In this document: positions 50,801 through 62,640 of the stretch, in pieces
Numbering within the stretch: the stretch's first letter is position 1
How the letters are laid out: each line of letters starts with the position of its first letter
Origin: Leucoraja erinacea
Taxonomy: Eukaryota
Length of the DNA: 64,000 nucleotides
Reading direction: 5' to 3'
Assembly: GCF_028641065.1 (NCBI RefSeq)
Contig: NC_073399.1
Span: 19,096,001-19,160,000, forward strand
Notes under the pieces: model-generated
What the model saw: only the letters and a program-made list of their open reading frames with translations
Database searches by the model: none
What the model was told of the DNA's origin: nothing
Program-made: the position numbers and the translations under genes

Positions 50801-53734
50801 CAACAATGTCGGACGGATGGAAATTTGAGCAGGTAGCACCTCAGTTTTCAATCATAAGGATGTTCAAAGGTCAGTTTATTGTCACATGTACCAACTAAGG
50901 TACAGTGAAACTCGAATTACCATGCAGCCATACTAAAAAAAAAGCAACAAGGCACACAACTACATAAAGGTCAACATAAACATCCACCACAGCAGATTCA
51001 TCACTGTGATGGAAGGCAATAAAGTCCAATCCTCTTCCTCTTTATTCTCCTGCGGTCGGGGCAGTTGAACCATCCGCATTCGGGGCAATCGAAGCCCCCG
51101 CATCGGGGCAGGCGAAGCTCCTGCGGCTTGGAGCTCCCGAAGTTGTTCTCTAACCAGAGATTACGAGCTCCACGATGTTAGGCCGCAGTGCGGACGGAGA
51201 TACGATACGGAAAACAAATTGCATCCCCGTCAAGGTAAGAGATTAAAAAGTTTCCCCCACATCCCCCCCCCCACTAAAGAACACTAAAACATAGATTTAA
51301 CACATACTAAAAATAAAAAAAGAAGGAACATAGAAAATAGGTGCAGGAGGAGGCCATTCGGCCCTTCGAGCCAGCACCACCATTCATTGGGAGGGACAGG
51401 CAGACTGTTGGCGAGGCAGAAATTGCTGGCGCCATCCATTGTACATCAGGAGTTGAGAGAGTATGGTGAAGGTAACTAAATTAATACTAGCCATGCTTAA
51501 ACGAAGGGGATTTGAAGGATCATAGTCTTAAACAATAATAAACAGAGATAAATGCAAACCTTAACAAAGGGATAGTAATTTTGGTGTTGGAGAGGGTGAT
51601 CAGCATAAAGGCAAAATTAGCTCTTCAACAAAGAGATTGCACAATGTGTCCATTTGATTGCCATGGAGATGCTGGAAGGCAGACATTCGGCAGATTCAAG
51701 AGGTTACGAGCGTCGGAATATATTCTTGGTTTGATTTGTAAAAGAAAGATGTGGCCCTCTACACACTAGTGTAGAATGGGTCTTGATCTGCAGGTAATGT
51801 GGGGGTGGGAATAGACTGCTGGTCCACAATGTTGCTGCATGCCAGCCCATAGGCCCCCACTATCAGTATTCTCATTTACCTTTAACTAATGCTCTGAACC
51901 CAATTTGGTCCCAAGGTGGGAAAGTGCCTACAAATATAAGATTGTTACCAAGAAATCAAACAAGAAATTCAAAAGAAACTTGACAGAAAGCAATGAGAAT
52001 TGGCTCCTCACTGGATATGGCAGCAGTACAGATAATTTTAAGAAGCTAGATCAGTGGTTCCCAACGTGGGGCGTAACAGGGGGGCAATTTCAAAAGAAAC
52101 TTGCTCAGAATTTTTCTTTTTCATGGATGCATGTTCTTTTGAAGCTTGTTTAAACCAAGGTATTGGCGTTTTAAGCTTCTTCAGCTGAAATGGAGTTCAC
52201 TATTTAAATGATAAGAATTATATATCACCACATGGGGGGGGCATCAGGATTTTAGAGGTGATTAGGTGGGGCATGGCCAAAAAAAGGTTGGGAACCACTG
52301 AGCTAGATAGTGTATGTGAGACAAATAGGTAAGTGAGAGAAAGAAGGGGTCTAGATTGGAGCATAATCACCAGCCTGGATTAATCGGGTTGATGGTTTTT
52401 TTCTGTGCTAAATATATACTATGTAGGGTTATATGAAATACTTTCATTAGGGTGCATTTGTCCAAAGTACTATTGACGTGCGGGAATTGCTTGTGGAAAA
52501 ACTCCCAGCAACTGCTCCAGTGAAGGATAGCTTTATGATAAATTACCCTAGAGTATTAATTTGATCATATGCGCATGCTTGCGCATATATCGACCAGATT
52601 ATATGTGATGTTAAGTGAACATGAAAGTTGATGTCATTGCTGATATATAGTATGATTTGACATATGTTCACATGCTTGCAGATTTCACATTGTATGGATA
52701 GACATCCATTGTAACATATTGTAGAATGTGTGGCTTATGTTACACTGGAAACAGCCAGCAAAATAAACATCACATCCACTGTGAACACAACTATTTCAAT
52801 ATCTTCCTCCAGTAATGCTACATTTACAATCTCTGCCCTGCACATGCGGAATCTCAGTTGTCAATGTGAAGAGTAGATACAGTATTCATAAAAGAAAAAA
52901 ATCAAATTTCATAACAAAGTTTACCGTTTGGTGCCTTTCTAGCAATCCTGCAGCAAAAAAAAATCATAGTTTCCCAATCTGATTTGATGAAATGTTAGAT
53001 GTTTGGGGCTTTCCAACACCAGCAACCTTGGTGGACGACTTCAGACTGGTATCACAAGTGTGATTTAATGTCTCTTCTGAAAGGCACCAAGGCTTTAACC
53101 TTTTGTTCAGATAACTGGATTTTGGGATATCAAATAGAAATTCCACCTGCTGTGTATAATGATTTATACTGTTTGTAGTGAGGTGGAATTTGATTAAATT
53201 CAGGAAAACATGTAAGAAAGATTTGCGTGATTTATCTGGTGCTCTGTGCGTGTATTATTACTAATTACGTTTTGGTCCTTTACCCAGCTCATTAACATTG
53301 GATCCTCCTACAATTATGGCAGCGAAGATCAGGCTGAATTTCTCTGCGTTGTCTCCAGGGAGCTGAATAACTCAACTAATGGAATTGTCATAGAGCCCAG
53401 TGAGAAAGCCAAGGTACCACACTGTCCTTACCTTTGACTCTTGTTCTGTCTTAGCTATTTTTCATATTTACCACGAGGTGGGCTAATTTCTGATAGTCAA
53501 GTTGAGGCAGTTAGAGATATTCTTTGAATTGTCATGAGTTAGATGGGGATACAAATGTGAAGTCAGAACGACTCCAAGACAAAAGGAATATTTTGACTCT
53601 ATGTATTTAGATTCAGCAAAATAGTCCAGTCTGTTTCACCAGATGACATTTTCCTACTCAAAATCTCCTAACGATCTTGTATTCTGGCTATTTATTGGAA
53701 ACAGATTCTGCAAGAGCGAGGCTCAAGGATGTGA
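47861..53734 (+). CDS. KCTD2: BTB/POZ domain-containing protein KCTD2 (CUL3 adaptor, KCTD2/5/17 clade), 217 aa
   Basis: Exons 47861-48061 (MAELQ...[18 protein letters not shown]...DSDK), 48570-48678 ([27 protein letters not shown]), 49626-49717, 50737-50832 ([32 protein letters not shown]), 53288-53413 and 53705-53734 (ILQERGSRM*), total 654 nt, GT-AG. The MAELQ start and head-to-head link with ATP5PD identify KCTD2. Confidence 0.96.
49793..49932 (+). mobile_element. Second copy of the ribozyme-headed retroposon, in KCTD2 intron 3 (P3/L3 degenerate)
   Basis: Perfect 12-bp TSD GAAGGGCCAGAT (49781-49792 and 49933-49944), the same 5' start GGGGTGG, and an (AAG)n tail. Confidence 0.8.
50870..51435 (-). 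mobile_element. Rex1-associated non-autonomous repeat (also at ~18935-19210 and ~26340-26500)
   Basis: Shared TTTATTGTCACATG...CATCCACCACAG...CACTGTGA.GGAAGGCAATAAAG blocks across the three loci. Confidence 0.6.
52052..52300. mobile_element. hAT/Charlie-type MITE in KCTD2 intron 4
   Basis: 14-bp TIRs CAGTGGTTCCCAAC / GTTGGGAACCACTG and a perfect 8-bp TSD AGCTAGAT (52044-52051, 52301-52308). Confidence 0.92.
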
Positions 53735-53995
53735 CCTTGTCGATCGGAATTGCTGTTTACATTCCGTATGTTGAAGAAGAATCCTCCGCTTACTGGGAGC
53801 ACTGAACCGTTGCCATCTTCTGACTGGTCTCAAAACTTTCAGTTCACATGGGCCTGCAAGATTCGAAGGCTCGTTTTACTGAGAAATCAACCTCTCTGCC
53901 TTTCACCTGAAGCCTACGAGAGGCTCACGGCATTTCTCTCAAAAGTTAATTGTTAAGGCTGCCAAATCTCCCCGTGTCATTGTTTGTTGTTGTGT

Positions 53996-54032
53996 TATAT
54001 ATATATATATATATATCCATATATATATATAT
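53996..54032. repeat. Interrupted (TA)n microsatellite in the KCTD2 3' UTR
   Basis: tatatatatatatatatatatccatatatatatata. Confidence 0.9.
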
Positions 54033-54854
54033 CCAACCAATGCATTGAATTGCCTTTAATGGACCTGTGATGTTGCTTGTTCCTCTGTGAATAGGAAACT
54101 GAGCCACATTAATTTTGATATGTGTGCGCAGTGAAAGTTATTTTATGTTCTACCTGTGGAGCATTATGTGCATGGATTCCACTCAATAAATTCAGGGCAG
54201 GTTTCACGGGAGGGGCAGGATACAGTATTGTAATTGTGTAAATTGAATGGTGAAATTCAGTATTCATGTTAATGTTATATTTTTCCTCTTGCATTGGATC
54301 ACTACTGTTATGACACTAATGTGATGATTAAACTACTCAGTATTGTCATTAAGATTTCACTGAAGTGTTGTGTTGTTCCCTTTAGAGCATTTACATTCAT
54401 TTGCTGAAGATACAGTTGTAGAGTAACATTACTTTTGCTGTAACAGCATAAAGGGATTACACTAAATTACTGTATAACTTGTAGTATTGCAATGGGAAGT
54501 ATATACTGTGACAATGGGTACAGCACTGGGGAGAGTAAATCTTTTTTGCAGTAACATGGGTTATAGCACTGATGCTCATGTACACTAATTAACTCACTAC
54601 TCTCTCTTGGCCACCATGCAACTGCATCCTTACTTTTTCCACTGCAGGCCTGCTTGCCTGACAGAAATCTCCTCACAGTAAATATTGGATAGATCAGGGT
54701 TGTATTCCCATATTTTTAATATATTCTTCTATGATCTGGCTCCTTCCAGAGAGGCCCAAGGAGCTGTTGGTGCAAGGGGAGTACCTGCGCTGTAAGTATA
54801 AAATACATCGCGGGGCTTGCTTTCACAGGCCCAGGGACCCGACACCAAAATCGG

Positions 54855-57800
54855 CAACGTTCCAGAGAAGGGGTATGGTGGAAGCCTCTGATTGGTGGAA
54901 GAGGACCGGGTTTACATTTTTACATTTCTGCCTTCAGGTTAAGGATTCTGGGAGTTAAGGATTCTGGGAGTTAAGTGTACAGTATTTATTAGTAAAGTTT
55001 AAAGGATAAAGTTTTGTGTTTTTTAATATTTAATATAGAGTTAATTTGGGAGTAAGATATGTCAGTGGAGATTGGCCCCGTGGTTTGCTCAGCCTGCAAC
55101 ATGTGGGAGATCAGGGATATGGTCGGTGTCCCTGGTGACTACGTTTGCAGGAAGTGTGTACAGCTGCAGCTCCTGGCAGACCGCATTGAACGATTGGAAC
55201 TGCGGCTGGATTCATACTGGAGCATCCACGATGCTGAGAAAGTCGTGGATAGCACGTACAGCGAGTTGGTCACACCGCAGGTAAAAGGTAAGAGGACAGA
55301 AAGGGAACGGGTGGCCAATAGCCAGCAAAGCAGTAGGCAGGTAGTGCAGGAGTCCCCTGCGGTCATCTCCCTCCTAAACAGGTATACCATTTTGGATACT
55401 GTTGAGGGAGATGGCTCATTAGGGGAATGCAGCAGCAGCCAAGTTCATGGCACCATGGGTGGCTCTGCGGCACATGAGGGGGGGGAAAAGAGTGGAAGGG
55501 CAATAGTAATAGGGGAATCAATTGTCAGGGGAATAGATAGGCGTTTCTGCGGCCGCAAACAAGACTCCAGGATGGTATGTTGCCTCCCTGGTGCAAGGGT
55601 CAGGGATGTCATTGAACGGCTGCAGAACATTCTGGAGGGGGAGGGTGAACAGCCAGTTGTCGTGGTGCATATTGGCACCAACGATATAGGTAAAAAAAGG
55701 GATGAGGTCCTACAAGATGAATTTAGGGAGCTAGGAGATGAACTTAAAAGTAGGACCTCAAAGGTAATAATCTCTGGATTACTACCAGTACCACGGGCCA
55801 GTCAGAGTAGAAATAGGAGGTGATTGCAGATGAATACGTGGCTTGAAAAATGGTGCAAAGGGGAGGGATTCAAATTTTTAGGGCATTGAAACCAGTTCTG
55901 GGGGAGGTGGGACCAGTACCAACAGGACGGTCTGCACCTGGGCTGGAATGGAACCAATGTCCTTCGGGGAGTGTTTGCTAGTGCTGTCGTGGAGGATTTA
56001 AACTAATGTGGCAGGGGGATGGGTACAAGAGCAGAGAGGCAGGGGGGTGTAAAATGAGGGTAGAAGCAATAGGTAGCAAGGTGAAAAGTAAAAGTGGCAG
56101 GCAGACAAATCCAGGGCAAAAATCGAAAAGGGCCACTTTTCAACATAATTGTATAAGGGGTAAAAGCGTTGTAAAAACAAGCCTGAAGGCTTTGTGTCTC
56201 AATGCAAGGACTATTCGTAATAAGGTGGATGAGTTGAACGTGCAGATAGCCAATAATGATTATGATATAGTTGGGATCACGGAGACATGGCTCCAGGGTG
56301 ACCAAGGCTGGGAGCTGAACATCCAGGGATATTCAATATTCAGGAGGGATAGAGAGAAAGGAAAAGGAGGTGGGCTAGCGTTGCTGGTTAGAGAGGAGAT
56401 TAACGCAATGGAAAGGAACGACATTAGTTTGGAGGATGTGGAATCGGTATGGGTAGAGCTGCGAAACACTAAGGGGCAGAAAACGCTGATGGGTGTTGTG
56501 TACAGGCCACCTAACAGTAGTAGTGAAGTTGGAGATGGTATCAAAAAGGAAATTAGAAATGCGTGCGACAAAGGCAAAACAGTTATAATGGGTGACTTCA
56601 ATCTACATATAGATTGGGTGAATCAAATTGGCAGGGGTGCTGAGGAAGAGGATTTCTTGGAATGTATGCGGGATAGTTATCTAAATCAACATGTAGAGGA
56701 ACCAACGAGAGAGCAGGCTATTTTAGACTGGGTATTGAGTAATGAGGAAGGGTTAGTTAGCAGTCTTGTTGTACGTGCCCCCTTGGGCAAGAGGGACCAT
56801 AATATGGTTGAGTTCTTCATTAGGATGGAGAGTGACATTGTTAATTCAGAAACAATGGTTCTGAACTTAAAGAAAGGTAATTTTGAGGGTATGAGACGTG
56901 AATTGGCCAAGATTGATTGGCAATTAATTCTAAAAGGGTTGACGGTGGATATACAATGGAAGACATTTAAAGACCGCATGGATGAACTACAAAAATTGTT
57001 CATCCCAGTGGCAAAAGAATAAATCAGGAAAGGTAGTGCATCCGTGGGTAACAAGGGAAAAGGGCTAGTTCAAAGCGAAAAATAGATTATGAAAAAAAAC
57101 TGGCAAGGAACATACCAGAGGACTGCAAAGGTTTTTATAGATATGTGAGGACAAAAAGAGATTAGTTAAAAAAAAATGTAGGTCCCTGGCAGTCAGAAAA
57201 CAGACTGCAAAGGTTGATATCATGGGAAACAAGGATATGGCGGACCAATTTAATAACTACTTTGGTTCCGTCTTCACTAAGGAAGACATAAATAATTTGC
57301 CGGTAATAGCAGGGGACCGCGGGTCAAAGGAGTTGGAGGAATTGAGTGAAATCCAGGTTAGCTGGGAAGTGGCGTCGGGTAAATTGAATGGATTAAAAGA
57401 TGATAAATCCTGAGTGCCAGATAGTCTGCATCCCAGAGTACTTAAGGAAGTATCTCCAGAAATAGTGGATGCATTAGTAATAATCTTTCAAAACTCTTTA
57501 GATTCTGGAGTAGTTCCTGAGGATTGGCAGGTAGGAAACATAACCCCACTTTTTAAGAAGGGAGGGAGAGAGAGAAAACAGGGAATTACAGACCAGTTAG
57601 TCTAACATCGGTAGTGGGGAAACTGCTAGAGTCAGTTATTAAAGATGGGATAGCAGCACATTTGGAAAGTGGTGAAATCATTGGACAAAGTCAGCATGGA
57701 TTTACGAAAGGTAAATCATGTCTGACAAATCTTATAGAATTTTTCGAGGATGTAACTAGTAGCGTGGCTAGGGGAGAACCAGTGGATGTGGTGTATCTAG

Positions 57801-58971
57801 ACTTCCAGAAGGCTTTCGACAAGGTCCCACATAAAAGATTAGTATACAAACTTAAAGCACATGGCATTGGGGGTTCAGTATTGATGTGGATAGAGAACTG
57901 GCTGGCAAACAGGAAGCAAAGAGTAGTAGTAAACGGGTCCTTTTCACAATGGCGGGCAGTGACTCAGTGGGGTACCGAAAGACTTAATATACAATATATA
58001 TTAATGATCTGGATGAGGGAATTGAAGGCAATATCTCCAAGTTTGCGGAGGACACTAAGCTGGGGGGCAGTGTTAGCTGTGAGGAGGATGCTAGGAGACT
58101 GCAAGGTGACTTGGATAGGCTGGGTGAGTGGGCAAATGTTTGGCAGATGCAGTATAATGTGGATAAATGTGAGGTTATCCATTTTGGTGGCAAAAACAGG
58201 AAAGCAGACTTATCTAAATGGTGGCCGATTAGGAAAAGGGGAGATGCAGCGAGACCTGGGTGTCATGATACACCAGTCATTGAAAGTAGGCATGCAGGTG
58301 CAGAAGGCAGTGAAGAAAGCGAATGGTATGTTAGCTTTCATAGCAAAAGGATTTGAGTATAGGAACAGTGAGGTTCTACTGCAGTTGTACAAGGTCTTGG
58401 TGAGACCACACCTGGAGTATTGCGTACAGTTTTGGTCTCCAAATCTGAGGAAGACATTATTGCCATAGAGGGAGTGCAGAGAAGGTTCACCAGACTGATT
58501 CCTGGGATGTCAGGACTGTCTTATGAAGAAAGACTGGATAGACTTGGTTTATACTCTCTAGAATTTAGGAGATTGAGAGGGGATCTTATAGAAACTTACA
58601 AAATTCTTAAGGGGTTGGACAGGCTAGATACAGGAAGATTGTTCCCGATGTTGGGGAAGTCCAGGACAAGGGGTCACAGCTTAAGGATAAGGGGGAAATC
58701 CTTTAAAACCGAGATGAGAAAAACTTTTTTCACACAGAGAGTGGTGAATCTCTGCAACTCTCTGCCACAAAGGGTAGTTGAGGCCAGTTCATTGGCTATA
58801 TTTAAGAGGGAGTTAGATGTGGCCCTTGTGGCTAAGGGGATCAGAGGGTATGGAGAAATGGCAGGTACGGGATACTGAGTTGGATGATCAGCCATGATCA
58901 TATTGAATGGCGGTGCAGGCTCGAAGGGCCGAATGGCCTACTCCTGCACCTAATTTCTGTTTCTGTTTCTA
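54855..58971 (+). mobile_element. Near full-length CR1 LINE, same family as 5523-9720, disrupted
   Basis: ORF1 55059-55823 is nearly identical to 8740-9528. ORF2 pieces span 56006-58878. The 5' UTR is homologous to copy 1. The 3' tail is present. Confidence 0.95.
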
Positions 58972-59144
58972 TCTGCGCGAGTTATTTGCCCCCCCAACCC
59001 CTGCACTTTATTGTAATTGCTTCCTCTCAGTTGATAGTGCCTTCAGCTGCCAAATATATTTTAATGACCTCCTTAAATCTGGGAACTCATGTCAAAATTG
59101 GGAGAGCTGTGCATCTAGCAAGTCAAGTGACAGCCTGATTAATT

Positions 59145-59545
59145 TAGAAACATAGAAAATAGGTGCAGGGGTAGGCCATTCGTCCCTTCGAGCCAGCACC
59201 GCCATTCAATACGATCATGACTGATCATCCTAAATCAGTACCCCGTTCTGGCATTTTCCCCATGCCCCTTGATTCCCTTAGCCCTGAGAGCTAAAACGAA
59301 CTCCCTTTTGAACACATCAAGTGAATTGCCTCCACTGCCTTCTATGGCAGAGAATTCCACAGATTCACAACTCAGGGTGAAAATGTTTTTCCTCCTCTCA
59401 ATCCTAAATGGCCTACCTCTTAAACTGTGACCCCTGGTTCTGGACTTCCCCCAACATCGGGAAAAAAAACTCCTGCATCTACCCTGTCCAATCCGCTAAG
59501 AATTTTATGTCTCTATAATGTGCCCTCTCATCCTTCTAAATTGCA
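59145..59545 (-). mobile_element. CR1 3' fragment, inverted relative to the adjacent full-length copy
   Basis: AGAAACATAGAAAATAGGTGCAGG...GGAC(T)TCCCCCAACATCGGGA. Confidence 0.85.
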
Positions 59546-59915
59546 GTGATTTCTTTCAGTCAATCTCCAGCTTGTCAAAATAGCTGTCAAGTAAACTTGT
59601 TCCATTGAAATGGCTCCCTACCAAAGTTTGCGACACAATGGTGTTCAGTCAGGGAGTATTTCCAAGCTTCTCCAACATTGGCTCTGGATATAGTGCTGCC
59701 TCTTTACAGCAGGTCAAACATAGAAATCAGAGGATTGCCCACCCACTGGCTTCCTTCAGATGATGAATCAATGCATCCCATGTTGAATATTCTTTGTAGC
59801 GGTAGTGGGTGCAGAAAATTCAATGTTCATCACAAAGAATAGCTTGATAAGATTATTACCAAAATGGTTGAGTTTTGAAACATGGTCAACAGCATATGCA
59901 TCTGTTGTGCAAAAA

Positions 59916-60036
59916 TCTTCTTCTTGCGTATAGCATGCACAGCCAAAAAGTTGTAGGACAACTTGTTCTATTTGATTTGGTTGATTGCATTCGCCGAAAC
60001 AGGGTGGACCATGTGACGGTTGCAATCTTCCACCCC
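59916..60036 (-). mobile_element. Short non-autonomous retroposon: HDV-like ribozyme head, stem-loop and (AAG)n tail (intact copy)
   Basis: Starts GGGGTGG and ends TACGCAAGAAGAAGA. Flanked by an imperfect TSD (ttgtgcaa core). Homologous to 49793-49932. Confidence 0.75.
59983..60036 (-). ncRNA. Predicted minimal HDV/CPEB3-like self-cleaving ribozyme
   Basis: P1 GGGGUGG/CCACCCU (G1-U wobble), P2 GAUUGCA/UGCAAUC, P3 ACC/GGU, 7-nt L3 GUCACAU, J1/4 GU, vestigial P4 UUCGG, and J4/2 CGAA with the catalytic-position C. Confidence 0.7.
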
Positions 60037-61472
60037 TTGTGCAACGATGAGTGAAAGTAATACCACCCATTCTTTGTGGAGACAACCAAGGGCACCTCCA
60101 TTGTGTTGTGTGGCACCTTCCAAATATCAAAAGGGATATACAAAATGAACTTGCAGTTCAAAATAGGATACCTAGGACGTTCCTTCACTCATCAACAGAA
60201 ATGCAAGCCACTTCAAAGTATAATTTAGTAATTATTATCAAGAAAGAAAGCCTGGTTCAATGAGTTGTGCGGAAAGCTCTATTGAGAATAGGTTCATTAA
60301 ACATGGGGAAGTTACAACATAGATCTACATTTTTTCACACATCGGGTGATGGGTGAATGGAATGAGCTGCCAGAGGAGGTAGTTGATGCAAGGAATAGGT
60401 TCCAAAAGCAGATAAACATGGGACCTGTTTCCAATGACTCTATTTGGGTACAGAAGTTACAACATAGATCAATTAAACTATGGGAGGAGGAAGCAGCACC
60501 AAGAACATCACATTTTTTATCCACACATCGGGTGATGGGTGAATGGAATGAGCTGCCAGAGGAGGTAGTTGATGCAAGGACTATGCAATGTTTAAGAAAA
60601 AGTTAGACAGGTGCATGGATAGACAGGTTTGGAGGGATATGGGCCAAAAGCAGATAGGTGGGAATAGTGTAGCTGGGACATGTTGGCCGGTGGGGGCAAG
60701 TTGGGCCAAATGACCTGTTTCCACATTGTATGACTCTATTTGGGTACAGAAATGAAAATGACAGGTGATACAGCTAAATTTTCCTCAAAGGATCAGGAAT
60801 CTGAAAGCCTGCTACTTCCACTTATGAAAGATGGTGGGCAATTAAACTATGGGAGGAGGAAGCAGCACCAAGAACATCACCATCTGCAACAATGGGACAG
60901 GTCAGTATTATTGATAAAGACAAACCTGGTGTTTCAACCATCTTCTGCCAGAAAAATGCACAAAGCAACTAAGATCAATTTTATCAAATTGCGTTTGTCT
61001 TTGCATTGATCAATTACACATTACATTGCTGAACTTGGCTCAATTATCTGTCCTTTCTCTTTCCTTAAGATTGCCTGTGATTAAGCAAAGAACAAGGGAC
61101 TAGATCTGGGATCTCCTGGTTTAATATTTTCAGTGCAATTCAAAGTAGTCTTATAACCAGGTGATGATGAAGCCTCTGTATTGTGTGAGCATACGTGGAG
61201 ATGGTTTGTGTGTTGAATGAAACAAACCTAGCTCCTATGTTAACATAATACTCATAATTGATTTATTCAGTGTACAATGTAGAAACACATAGTTAATTTA
61301 GTGTAATCTTTTAAGGCGCACTTCACTATCTGCATTTTGGACCATTGCTCCTGTTTTTAGTCTAATTGGCCAGTCCAGATGCCAGACCGCACATCGTGCC
61401 TGGTTGCAGTTAGTTCCCTGGAGCAGGATTTATAGCCACTATATACTGGCAAAGTTCAGCTCATTGCCACGC

Positions 61473-62522
61473 TCACCGGGATGATTTCTTCTGGTCTATT
61501 TCCAGCAGCTGCCTCTCCCTTCGTTCCAGAACCATCTGCAACTTCTCATTGTATTTCTGGTGCTCTCTCGCTCGGATCTCTTCAATATCTGCGAAAAAAC
61601 TGCGCCTGTTCAAAACAGAAAATACTGCTAAAGCCTGGGCCAGTGATCACCCAGGGCTGCTGGTGACCTGGGTCAACCCTTAATAAACTTCAAACCATGA
61701 TTCCAGCTGCCAATGCATTAGCTCCACCAAGACTTTCAGGAAGGTTAGGCAAAATGGATAAAGAGGTGGGACAGCACTGTTAAGGGTTGAGATCAATATA
61801 TGTCAGACACGATCTTAGATTGGTAGGTTATAGTGTAGAATGTGGTTGGAAAAACTGGGGTCATAACAATAGTGAGAGTTGATAATTGGCCTCCAAACGC
61901 TAGATTTTTCTAAACGACATAGTATAAATAAAGAAATCCGATATGATTGCAAGGGTTTATGCAGTAATCATGGGGACTTTCGATCTACAAATCAAAGCCA
62001 ACTTAAATAGTGTGATGAGATAGAAATATTTAATAATATTAAACAAACGGCGAGGGGTTGGTAATCGCCACCATTCTAAAGCACCTGGTTATCGCGGTGC
62101 ACAAGCAGCATGAAAGCAATACTCAGGTGAAACAAATAACACTTTATTGCAAGAGAGAAGCTTTGGCTCCCTCGCCAACTTTTCTTGCAGGACACTTCAG
62201 GCTGGCTGCAGGCAGGGAGTTTCTGGTGCCGTGGGATCCGGAATCAGGGTGAGAGGGACCCCGGGAGAGGACAGGTGTTCCACGGGGTGGGGATAGCAGG
62301 GGATGGAAAGACGGACATCGACCCCCTATCACCGAGGGCATCCTAAGGAGGCCGAACGGCCTCCTCCTCTCGTCATTTCCCAGTTCTAACCTCGGGGCGC
62401 CGCTCACCGGAGGGAACGGACCGACCGACACCTCCTCACCTGTAGACGAAAGCGCTCGCCAGCCCCACCGCCATCGCCCCGAACAGCAGCGGCTTCGCCC
62501 AGCGCCTGGAGAACGGCTTCAT
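61473..62522 (-). CDS. Uncharacterized 71-aa single-pass membrane microprotein (two coding exons)
   Basis: Kozak GCCGCCGCCATG at 62522 in a CpG island. Exon 1 62522-62440 ends AG|GTGAGG. Exon 2 61605-61473 follows ttttctgttttgaacag and is in phase. Protein: MKPFSRRWAKPLLFGAMAVGLASAFVYRRSFFADIEEIRAREHQKYNEKLQMVLERRERQLLEIDQKKSSR*. AATAAA on the minus strand near 61262-61267. Confidence 0.78.
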
Positions 62523-62640
62523 GGCGGCGGCGCTCTTCCGTCTCTGTGCAGCACGGAGCCGCATCGAAGACCCGGGGTGGATCATGAGTTGATCGGGAGC
62601 GGAATCTTCAAAACCCGGAGTTGGCTCCTAATACATGACG
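62200..62640. promoter_or_regulatory. CpG island/promoter of the 71-aa microprotein gene
   Basis: High CpG density around the exon-1 ATG, with ETS-like GCGGAA/CCGGAG motifs upstream. Confidence 0.6.

Noticed and set aside
62521-62592. Plus-strand ORF MAAALFRLCAARS... resembling a mitochondrial presequence
   Set aside because: Stops after 23 codons, has weak Kozak context and no good donor. It is the reverse complement of the minus-strand gene's Kozak sequence.
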